64,000 nucleotides of DNA. Origin: Octopus bimaculoides. Lineage: Eukaryota. Under the pieces are notes generated by a model. It saw nothing but the letters and a program-made list of their open reading frames with translations, was not told the origin of the DNA and made no database searches. The number at the start of each line of letters is the position of its first letter. Positions within the stretch are counted from its first letter, which is position 1. Shown piece after piece: positions 53,653-63,783 of the stretch. The stretch covers positions 113,952,705 to 114,016,704 of the forward strand of contig NC_068983.1 in NCBI RefSeq assembly GCF_001194135.2, given 5' to 3'. The position numbers and the translations under genes were made by a program.

Positions 53653-53655
<3 letters not shown>
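52790..53655 (+). mobile_element. 5'-truncated RTE LINE: RT C-terminus plus 3'UTR (the family D tail)
   Basis: GGGCSESIAARITIGWAKFRELL...LYDACVQTAMLH.SETW...MLCWMCNV...LFWYGHVMHMDE, then GGAAGGGCATCCAG...CCATGCCAGCATGGAAAGC..AAATGATGAT. Confidence 0.88.
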
Positions 53656-53685
<30 letters not shown>

Positions 53686-53688
<3 letters not shown>

Positions 53689-54908
53689 AGGTTCTTTCAC
53701 ATGAAATGTCGCATTTTTAGTTATTTATTATTTCAGTCATTTACAACACTCAATTATGTATACCTTGCATTTAATCTTGACTCTTTTTCTTTCCCAACAA
53801 TATTGGTAAACAAAATTCGTACCCATAAACCTTATGAAAATGATAACAAGCAAGCTATGGATGATTTTCTTGTATGAGTACAAACTGGGTCACTCTACTG
53901 CAGAAGCTCGACGGAATATCAAGTGGGCCTTGGGTAATGATTTTGTTGACATCAGAACTGTTCAGAGATGGTTCCAAAACTCTCATTCACGAGATGATAG
54001 CCTTGAAAATAAACCAAAGAGTAGGCCAAAATCAGTTATTCGGCATGATCAATTAAATGCTGTGGTTGAACAAAATCCGAGAAGAAAGGTTCAAAAACTT
54101 TCAACAGAACTCCAAACATCTTGCACAACTGTTTTTGGACACCTGTAAAAAATTGGAAAAGTCAGGAAAAAAGATATGTTTGTTCCATATCTACTGAACA
54201 AGATGCCTCGAAGTATGCTCTTTATTGCTTCTCAACTGGAAAAAGACCATTTTTGCATCAGATCATTACTTGTGATGAGAAATGAATACTCTTTGACAAC
54301 AGCTAGAGAACAGAACAATGATTAGATGTAGGAAAGTCCCCTAAACACTACCCAAACCCACTATTGCACCCTAAAAAGTTAGTGGTCACTGTATGGTGGT
54401 CTGTGAAGGGAATTATTCATTATTCATTTTTGCAACAAGGAAAAACAATAACAGCAACATCATATTACCAGGAAATTGATTGTATGGATGAGAATTTGAA
54501 AAAGAAGCAACCCAAACTAGTGAATTGAGATGGTCCAAATTTGCTCTACGACAATGCACGTCCTCACACTCCTCAAGCTACGGTCCAAAAGTTGCGAAGC
54601 CTGAATTATGAGATTTTGCAACATCCTCCCTATTCCCCTAATATCTCTCCTACTGATCATCACTTATTTAAGCATTTAGAGCTTTTCATAACCAATAAAA
54701 CATTCTTAAATAGAGAAGAGATAATTGAAGTATTCGGACAGTTTATCACAGCAAAAGATGATTTTTTTTTTTTTTTTGAAGATGGAATATATGACATAGA
54801 GAAACGTTGGGTAAACATACTTTGATTAAATAACTCAGTTCTCTAACACTTCTGAAACATTTTATTGTTACCTTTCAAATACGACATTTCACGTGAAACA
54901 ACCTAAAA
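53686..54908 (+). mobile_element. Near full-length mariner (DD34D) with decayed transposase (53834-54825)
   Basis: TIRs AGGTTCTTTCACATGAAATGTCGCATTT / AAATACGACATTTCACGTGAAACAACCT in TA context; HTH (TVQRWF), TCDEK, YDNARPH, HPPYSPNISPTD; several stops and frameshifts. Confidence 0.92.
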
Positions 54909-54966
54909 TATATAGAGTAAGATAAAGAGACCAATGGCAAAGTTAGAATTATATTTTATGTATAAA

Positions 54967-55015
54967 GTCTTACAGCTATTTCAGGGAAAATCCAATGTAT
55001 CCCTTCATCGGAGAC
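54967..55015 (-). ncRNA. Hammerhead-like motif, second family (CCGAUGA core)
   Basis: Minus strand GUCU-CCGAUGA-AGGGA..UCCCU-GAAAU-AGCU-GUA-AGAC. Confidence 0.58.
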
Positions 55016-55513
55016 GGTAATAGTAGAAGAATGGATTATTACATCTATAAGAGGAGATTTGTAGTAAGAAGTATATATAAAAATGTATATATATATATAT
55101 ATTGTAAATCCGAAAACACAAGAACAAAAAAATGCAAGGACATGGTACATGTAATGTATTAGCAGATACTCAAGAAAGGAAAGAATTATGATTTAAACTT
55201 TCGAGCAGACACTCTTCAAGCTTAAAGCTTATGGCGATCATTGTGCAATGACTAAGGAAAATAGTTTAATAAAGGGGCATATAAGCCCTTTACAGAAAAA
55301 GGAAGCCGGATAGGAAAGCCTTCTTTCCTCTTCAGTCAGTCTCACTTATAATTCCCGAAAAGTCTTTGTTATGAGATATCTTTTGCTAAAGTAGATTGAT
55401 TTCAAATGATAATGTTCACAATAAGAAGTTGAATATTATTCGCTATTTTCAAAACAAAGTTTTATTTAATCATGGTTTGTTTTTTTTTAACCTTTCTTTC
55501 CAAATGTCAACAG

Positions 55514-55640
55514 GAAGTGTACGAAGCCTGAGTTGGGATTCCTCTAGAAAATTACTCTTCTCTGGTAGTTTTGACCAATCCATCATTGTGTGGGATATTG
55601 GTGGCCGAAGGGGGACTGCCTTTGAATTGCAAGGACATCA
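55514..55640 (+). CDS. WDFY2: WDFY2 exon 7 equivalent, (G)[41 protein letters not shown](H)
   Basis: CAG acceptor, GTAAGT donor at 55641; WD40 GH...WD signature; 127 nt. Confidence 0.96.
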
Positions 55641-56481
55641 GTAAGTTTAAATTTTCTACATCCACTATCTATTTGTTGTAAATATGTATTGTTACTGATT
55701 ATAGACATAACCATATGATTAAAAGGTTTGCTTTGCCTTGATGTTCTGCAATCAGTCCAACTATACGACACTTTGTGCAAGTGACTTGAGGTGTTATGAG
55801 AGAAGTCTTGTGATTGATATTTGGTAGACAGAAACTGTAAAAGTTCATTGGATGGACTTTATCAGTTCTATAGTTCTAAACTTAACCTGTCAATTGGTGT
55901 AACACCATCAACTGGTTTGAGGGGTTCCTTTCACTATGTTACAAGCATTTGAACCAGACTTTCATTGTGTTTTTTTTTTTCTTTTTGTCTTATCTTCCTT
56001 CAGTTTTGGAAACTCTGCTAAATAGGTCCTGGCCACTGCTTCCCACCTTCCTTTTACTTAGCTATAACAAAAAATGTTAGGATCCAGAAATGATTAACAG
56101 ATCAACAAACATACTACTGAAACTAAACTGTGAAATTAAAGATTTCTATCAGAAATGGTTGTGTGTGCAGTAATAACAGAGATGTAAGCACAACAGTATC
56201 TTTCTTCAGAAAGCGTCCTGTAATGATTTACACATACTATTGGTGTGCATGTGTAGTGTGTGTGACTAACTAATCAAGGCTACATCATTCCTATTTCCAA
56301 ATACTCCAAAGTGATTTTTATATTTTTTACTCAGAAGTATTTTATTTCCTTGTTCTAATCCTTGAAACGCCACAAAGCCAATGGCAATAGTTTTGTTTTT
56401 AGAAAATCCTAAGAACAAAAAAGAAAAAAAACTTCAGCATTTAAAAGAAAACAGGAAAAAAAAAATAGTTCAGTTGAAACT

Positions 56482-56850
56482 TAGTCATGGCCAAAAGTTT
56501 GGAACATAGGTCTGAAAATTAGAGTTTTTATATTGACCTTTTAGTATTTAAACCAGTCATATCTGGCCAAAGTATTCAACTTGTTTTATATTCAAATTGT
56601 CCAGATCTAGCCTCTAACACTGGCCCTACAATATCATTCTAAAAATTAATAGTTACCTCATCAAAATTTCAAAACTACAAGATAATGCATGATTAATTCA
56701 AAACAAAGTGAATAAATAAGTATTACTTTTGACAGAATAATGTAAAAACTAAAGGGTTAACTGCCCAAAGTTATATTTGAATCAAATTGTACTTGGGCAT
56801 AACAATTTTAATTTTTTAAAAAATGTTCCAAAGTTTTGGCCACAACTGTA
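56482..56850. mobile_element. Tc1-like MITE hosting a nested piggyBac MITE (56537-56756)
   Basis: Outer TIRs ..GTCATGGCCAAAAGTTTGGAACAT / ATGTTCCAAAGTTTTGGCCACAACTGTA; inner TTGA|CCTTTTAG...CTAAAGGG|TTAA homologous to the 47133 MITE. Confidence 0.8.
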
Positions 56851-57716
56851 AACATAATTCAGGCATGTGAGTTAGTGAGTTATCATTTCTGTATATAATT
56901 GGCATTGACTAAAAATGTTGTCACTGCCATTGGATAAAATGCTGTTATAGCAGGTTTGGTTGCTATGCTGCTTTGGGGAAGCATTTATGTAATTGATTTG
57001 TTTCTAGTTGATCTGAAAAAAAAAAAAACTAAATGGAGAAATACCCAGAAAGAATTTGTACTGCATAGCTCTGTGCATGTGGTTTGTCAAATGTGACTCT
57101 TGAAGTGTTGGCAGAGGGAAGTGGCACTTTTTGGTGAATAAATTAACATCTCAGTACTGCAACATGTGTTGTGTAGTTACTATAGTTACTTAGTCTATTG
57201 CATAGAAATAAATAACATTTGATCAGTGATGTAACCCAGAGCAGACAATAAAAGAAATAATATATCATATTTTGTAAAGTTTTTGTTGAACACAGTGGCA
57301 CTGTGCTGGCCTCATAATTCAGAAGTCTATTGATTGAAGCTACCTCTGCAAAGAAATGGACATTATTTTTTATATTTATACATTCCAATTGTGTTGTCTG
57401 CAAATATACCAACCATATACATTTGTATATACCTACAGTAGATGCAGATCATATTATGCAATAGAAATTTATACTGAGTCAAGGGGCCCCCCAACTGACT
57501 GGAGTACACCAAAACCCAAGTAGTGTAGTGAACAGAGATGACAAAACCAGGACTTTTCACTTAGTGTCATTCATGTTGTATCATTGATACCTATTATCAT
57601 TGTCTATTTTTCCCCACCACATTTTTTTTTTACCCTAAACTTGCAAATTTGATTTCTCCATTTAAATGGGATTTTAAAAAAATTGCTTTATATTTATGTT
57701 ACTTGCTTCATTCCAG

Positions 57717-57822
57717 TGACAAAGTTCAAGCTTTAATATACTGCCCAATTTCTAACCAATGCTTGTCTGGTGGTGATGATTGTATGGTAGCATTTTGGAA
57801 TATGTATGGGAAACGAGTTGAG
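57717..57822 (+). CDS. WDFY2: WDFY2 exon 8 equivalent, (H)DKVQALIYCPISNQCLSGGDDCMVAFWNMYGKRVE
   Basis: ttccag acceptor, AG|GTGTGT donor at 57823; 106 nt. Confidence 0.93.
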
Positions 57823-59027
57823 GTGTGTATTAATTAATTTACTGCATTGATTTGTTTTTATTTTCATAAGATTATAATATTCCAAACTTAAATTCCTCTT
57901 TCGTAAATGTACAAAAATTCGATGACTTTTATCTCAGATTGTTGTCAGCTGTCATAGGATTTGGTATGGTCATAATCTAAGGCTGGATTTGAACTAAGAA
58001 CATATATTTGTAAATATCAGTGACATCCTAAAAATCTATGTTCCTTTTTCAAATTCAACCTGGTACTAACAAGTGATAACAATTCTATTTGTACTGGATC
58101 TATGATTAGTTCAGTAATTTCACAGACACTATTTGTGACCTGCCTCTCTCCTTATGTCACTTCCATTGTCTTCAATATCCTGTTTCAAGACACTTATCCA
58201 GTTCTTTTTACAACTATTGCCAATACATGAAGTGCTTTTGTTATTTTTTCCTGAAGGAAAATCTCATTTGTGAAAATATATTTTTGTGAGTGGATAGCTT
58301 TGACTATATCCAGGACAACTTTTATAATCATAAAGCAATATCTCCTTATACTGGTGACTAAAGTGTGTGTATATGTAGGACTCTCCCATCAAAGATGACA
58401 TATGAACATTCAACTTTTGCTGAACGACCTGCACAAATGATTTGTTTATAGTGATCAAATGTTTGTGCTGCACATTAACTCACTCTCTCCATCAAACCAA
58501 CGTTGTTTGAACAAGTGCACTGTGTAATATGCATCAGGTGTCAAAGTAATTATAGAACAATGCGGATGAAGTATTTTGCTCAAGAACACAATGCATCCAC
58601 CAGTCTAGGAATTGAAATCCTGATCGCAACATTGTGACTGTAACACCCTAACCATTAAGCCATGCACCTTTATACATATATGTATGTGAATATATCTTGT
58701 GTGACTCTGAGTTACCATTTATCTAATGTTGGCATAGAGGGTCTCCTTTTAAGAAGTGGCAAGTACATAGTGCTACCCACTTCAACAACACCCTCTGACC
58801 TTTGGGGGCTTTTAGAGGAATTCACTTTATTGCGAGCATTCAGACCATGTTCGTGGAAAGGGGTTTCATGACTTCACAATGCACCAACACCCTCTACGCT
58901 TCCTAAGATGTTAAAAGCTAAAACTAGACATATATTGCAGAATCTTAAAATGATATGAAACATGTTTTAGTCACTTTTGCTGTTTAATGTAAACATTATA
59001 AAACTTCTTATATTGTTTTGTTTGCAG

Positions 59028-59129
59028 ACTCCAGATTGGGCTGAAAGTGATATTTGTCAAAAGTGTGATGCACCATTCTTTTGGAATGTTCAGAAAATGT
59101 GGGAGCAAAAAGTAATTGGTAACAGACAG
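59028..59129 (+). CDS. WDFY2: WDFY2 exon 9 equivalent, FYVE N-half [34 protein letters not shown]
   Basis: tttgcag acceptor, GTATGT donor; WxxD motif and CxxC; 102 nt. Confidence 0.96.
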
Positions 59130-59739
59130 GTATGTTATAGTTTGTACAATTGTGTTCTGTATAGTGTCATATCATGTTGTATAATTCTGAGATTTCAGCT
59201 CTGCTGTTATTTATCTTAAATGGAAATTAAAAAATATAAAATGCTGACTATAACAGCAACCACCATTGTCACTACTATCATTATCACACTCTTAGAATTT
59301 CCACTGTTAAGATTATGGTGTAGATGTTTAATACTGAAATATTGGTTTGAGTGGGATTGTGGTTAGTCAATTACATTGATCCAGTACACAACTGGTACTT
59401 ATTTTATCAACCCCCCAAACAAAGGATGAAAGACAAAGTTGACCCTTGTGGCACTTGGACTCAAGACATAAAAACGGACAAATGCCACTACTGGCACAGT
59501 AATGATGATGCCAACTTGCTGCCTTTTAATAATGAAATATTAAATATTGATTTCTAACTGTTTAATAAGTACTTTGTGAAACTACAGAAGTGCTTCTGTA
59601 TCAGTTAACCTAAGCTTAAATATATAATTACCATTTTGATTTTGGGGATCACATTTTCTAAACCGTAATTCTTACATTTCCCTCTGACACACACACGTGC
59701 ACGCGCATGAAGATGCTGGTCACTGCTAGAAACTAGACC

Positions 59740-59967
59740 AAGAAATACAGTTCTATATTTAAGAGATGAGGAATTATTTACATTATCTACATTTGACGGA
59801 TATTCGTCCTCATCTTGTTTGTTGTTAACACAACGTTTCGGCTGATATACCCTCCAGCCTTCTTCAGGTGTCTTGAGGAAATTTCGAACCTGGGTTCTCA
59901 TTCCTATCGATGTTACTATTATTATTATTATTATTATATTATTATTATTATTATTATTAATCAGGTC
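59740..59967 (-). mobile_element. Family H element; head lost in gap; intact hammerhead fold at 59827-59872
   Basis: Reverse complement GACCTGA(TAA)n...GACAC CTGAAGA A GGCTG..CAGCC GAAAC GTT GTGTT. Confidence 0.82.
59827..59872 (-). ncRNA. Minimal type I hammerhead ribozyme motif
   Basis: Same fold as 60251 with core CUGAAGA. Confidence 0.72.
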
Positions 59968-60171
59968 NNNNNNNNNNNNNNNNNNNNNNNNNNNNNNNNN
60001 NNNNNNNNNNNNNNNNNNNNNNNNNNNNNNNNNNNNNNNNNNNNNNNNNNNNNNNNNNNNNNNNNNNNNNNNNNNNNNNNNNNNNNNNNNNNNNNNNNNN
60101 NNNNNNNNNNNNNNNNNNNNNNNNNNNNNNNNNNNNNNNNNNNNNNNNNNNNNNNNNNNNNNNNNNNNNNN

Positions 60172-60350
60172 TAATAATAATAATAATAATTATAATAATA
60201 ATAATAGTAACATCGATAGGAATGAGAACCCAGGTTCGAAATTTCCCCAAGACACCTGACGAAGGCTGGAGGGTATATCAGCCGAAACGTTGTGTTAACA
60301 ACAAACAAGATGAGGACGAATATCCGTCAAATGTAGATAATGTAAATAAT
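60172..60350 (+). mobile_element. Family H element; head lost in gap
   Basis: (TAA)n then the same body as the 26805 and 59740 copies. Confidence 0.82.
60251..60296 (+). ncRNA. Minimal type I hammerhead ribozyme motif (Penelope-like)
   Basis: Stem I GACAC/GUGUU; core CUGACGA(A); stem II GGCUG-GAGGGUAUAU-CAGCC; GAAA; palindromic stem III AC/GU; cleavage triplet GUU (60289-91). Confidence 0.72.
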
Positions 60351-60479
60351 GTAGACCAAGAAAGATTTAATTTAACTCAGTCCAACTATATTATCAAATC
60401 AGTTATAAGAATTGGATGAGATATGATGGCTCAGCCATCTCTCCCCAGTTCTTATATTAATCATTAAAATTCAGAAATA

Positions 60480-60846
60480 CAACACCACGAGGGATAACGG
60501 TAACAACAGATCAATAATTTATTCTAGGTTGGTGTAGAGCCGTTTCGTTCATGGGTGAACAGGCATTCCACTAGAATACCAAAGGAAGCTTCGACCACAT
60601 GTCGGGGTCAAGTTGGGACAGCCTGGTAGAACGTCCTGTCACGACGGCTGCTGGATGGATAAGAAAGAGAACGCTATTGCTTTCTCTCCACCTGTTGCAT
60701 TGCGCATGCGTGCTCGGGTACTTCCACTGACGGCTAGTCCCTTGCACATGCGCAATGGCACTTCCCAAGATGGCGGCCACACGCACCACTACAAGCTAGC
60801 CTGTTGTGTACAAAAGATAATCTAGTGATAATTTTTGTTTGTAAGT
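60480..60846 (+). promoter_or_regulatory. CpG-rich promoter-like island inside intron 9
   Basis: About 17 CpG in ~310 bp (hand count); NRF1-type TGCGCATGCG (60701-10) and TGCACATGCGCA (60743-54); YY1-type CAAGATGGCGGC (60766-77); GTAAGT donor at 60841. Confidence 0.5.
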
Positions 60847-62867
60847 AACAAAATGACAGCATACCATAATGCTTAATCTATTACTCTTGTGGTTCACTTG
60901 ACCAGGAGATAATAGACAGTTTTCTGAGGACAGGACATTAAGCCTGTTGGCAATTTGTCCCTAAAATTTCTCTCTGATAGAAACGTTCAACCCAGAAACA
61001 TAACTGATTGTATTAATTTTTCATAGGCTACGTAATACTGGAGCCAGAACAATAGATGATTTATGACACCCAAATAAGTCATCATAAACATTTGCTCTTA
61101 CTTCAGAATTCATTGTAGGTGTTTCAGTTGTGAAATATCAGATTTTATAGTTGACTGCCTCATGTTCAACTATTGCCTGCAGCTGTTTTTGTTGTTTTTT
61201 TTTCATACTAAATCATCTTTGAATATTAATAGTATAGTCACAAGGGATTTAATTCTGTAAGCAATCAGATTGTCAGTATATTAGCACTAGTTTCTCAGTA
61301 ATTTTTTTTTTTCTTTTCCTTGTCATAGGTAAGGTTTTGCTCTCGATCCTTTACAAATCCTTCAAAACTAGAAAAAGGGAAGAAGTTATCATCAGCCCAA
61401 GAAACCTGCCTGACTGCTTACAACAGAGTGGTGTTAAACTGAGTGACAAATAAGAGGCTAGATGATTGTCTGTTTGCAACATCTTTAATTATTAACCTTA
61501 TCATAGTCTTTGTATTGTGCTTCAGGGAAAAGCACTTAACTCTACTTGCTTGACTAACTGAAATTTACACTTTGAAGGTCTGTCTACAATAGGAATAAAA
61601 TAGAACCATACATCCTCTCTTAGAAGACAGCCGGCCCAGAAACGTTAGCACACCGGACGAAATGCTTAGCAGTATTTCGTCTGTCTTTATGCTCTGAGTT
61701 CAAATTCTGCTGAGGTCAACTTTGCCTTTCATCCTTTCAGGGTCGATAAATTAAGTACCAGTTGCATACTGGGCTCAATCTAATCGACTGCCTCCTCCCC
61801 TCCCAAAAAACTCCAGGCCTTGTTCCTAAAGTGGAAAAGAATACTTTTTGGTCCGTTTACTGCTTCTATCTCAGAGATTTTCTAATAGACTAGTTTCCTA
61901 GTTACAAAATCTGTGATTGTGTGACACTGTATTGTCTATATATTGCAAGTAAAGTTAAACTGCTGCCATGCCCGGCAACGAGTACCCATCACCGAAGAGA
62001 TCCAATACAGATTAAAACTATGTGGTCTGGTGGTCTTGAGCTAGGGTGGCAAGAGTTATCTCCCGCTTGCAATAAATATCAAGTGTGCGAGACACTCTGA
62101 ATAAACCAGCTGGAGATGATGTCTTCCTGGGGTTAAATGTCCTCTCTTAGAGGACAGCCACGTTAAAGTGGCCATAAACAATATGTAATAATAATATTTT
62201 ACAAATATTAAACGACAATACCATAATTTTTTTTTTGTACTGGAGAAAATGACTATCAATCAGCATGATAGGTGAAAATACTCCAGTGCTCTAATAAAGG
62301 AATGCAGGACTTTACACGAAGTAATATTTTCTGTAAAACTTACAGTATAAACTTATATGAAGAATATCCCATTCATCCATTGAAAATAAAGAGTAATGCA
62401 TTCATATTCTTTATTTCTGCATCTTTACAACAGATACTGATTGCAGCCTTGGCCTTGTGCTTTTTCATCCTTTTGAAATGTTTTCAAGCAGAGAGGAATA
62501 AGCTTGTTTTGATCTTGTGGGTGTGAAACTGAGCATAAAAGATTAAGAGAAAGAAACTGAGTGTTAAATTAAATGTTGGGTGTGTGCTATAAATGGATGA
62601 TACAAAACTTAAGAACCTATTGGGAGAAGTCAGACATTTTGAGAAGATGTCTGAGGAGTAGTAATTGGAACAGCCCTCAGAGCATTTACCTCTCACAGAA
62701 AGGATATGTAATGAAGACATGCATAATTAAATTACTTACAATGGAAGTATGATGAGAGATATCTCATTTAGCCTCAAGTGAACTATGATCAAGCATATCT
62801 ATGGTCAAAGAGTTTTCAATATGTTCGTCCCATTTTTCCAGACACATATATATATATATATATATAT

Positions 62868-63345
62868 CGTCATCATCATCATCATCATCGTCATTTAACG
62901 TCCGCTTTCCATGCTAGCATGGGTTGGACGATTTGACTGAGGACTGGTGAAACCAGATGGCTACACCAGGCTCCAGTCTGATTTGGCAGAGTTTCTACAG
63001 TTGGATGCCCTTCCTAACGCCAACCACTCAGAGAGTGTNNNNNNNNNNNNNNNNNNNNNNNNNNNNNNNNNNNNNNNNNNNNNNNNNNNNNNNNNNNNNN
63101 NNNNNNNNNNNNNNNNNNNNNNNNNNNNNNNNNNNNNNNNNNNNNNNNNNNNNNNNNNNNNNNNNNNNNNNNNNNNNNNNNNNNNNNNNNNNNNNNNNNN
63201 NNNNNNNNNNNNNNNNNNNNNNNNNNNNNNNNNNNNNNNNNNNNNNNNNNNNNNNNNNNNNNNNNNNNNNNNNNNNNNNNNNNNNNNNNNNNNNNNNNNN
63301 NNNNNNNNNNNNNNNGCACAAGAGCCAGTCCAGGGGCACTGGCAA
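62868..63345 (-). mobile_element. Family D: RTE-type 3' end element ending in (GAT)n; near-identical copies at 25365, 40345 (+), 42535, 46085
   Basis: (CAT)n-CGT..TTAACGTCCGCTTTCCATGCTAGCATGGGTTGGACGATTTGACTGAGGACTGG...; spans a gap. Confidence 0.85.
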
Positions 63346-63479
63346 TATATATATATATATATATAATCTAATTTCAATAATAGGATAAAAATCTTTTACA
63401 AGAATTTTATCAGGAAGCTAGTGTACAAAAAAATTCATAAGGGAAATTTCTATTCCCAAGAATATAATTATTCGTTTAT

Positions 63480-63612
63480 ATTTATATAATGGCATTACTA
63501 CAGAATAATGCCACACACCAGACATCCGAATTAAACACATTCGGTACTAAAATGTGTTTATTTGGGAAGTCTGGTGTGTAGCATTATTCTGTAGTAATGC
63601 CCTTATATAAAT
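63480..63612. repeat. Foldback element: 62-bp inverted arms (5 mismatches), 9-nt loop
   Basis: 63480-63541 pairs with 63551-63612. Confidence 0.9.
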
Positions 63613-63783
63613 ATATATATATGATTATGTCTCTTCAAAATAGTTGGCGTGATTTGGCTGCTATTTCTAGCAGTTGTTAAGTTGCTCACTTAAGGGCTTA
63701 TGAGGAATAGATGTAAAATGATGGTAATTCATGTCTCCTAACTTTATCTCTTTCTGTATAATTTTTTGTTTATTTTCTTGCAG

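Noticed and set aside
53834-54825. Functional or domesticated mariner transposase
   Set aside because: Multiple in-frame stops and frameshifts, including next to the catalytic motifs.
55192-55222. Third hammerhead-like motif on the minus strand (CTTGAAGA-GTGTCTGCTC-GAAAG)
   Set aside because: Core has an insertion and stems I and III cannot be formed convincingly.
60535-60570. Minus-strand hairpin GTTCA-CCCA-TGAAC followed by GAAAC
   Set aside because: No CUGANGA core adjacent to the stem.
60770-60799. aagATGGCGGCC as a gene start (MAA...)
   Set aside because: Stop after 9 codons and it lies downstream of exon 9; better read as a YY1-type motif or uORF.
60417-60850. Solo LTR interpretation of the CpG island (TG...CA ends, minus-strand AATAAA)
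   Set aside because: No matching 4-6 bp TSD for any boundary pair I tried; not excluded, only unsupported.
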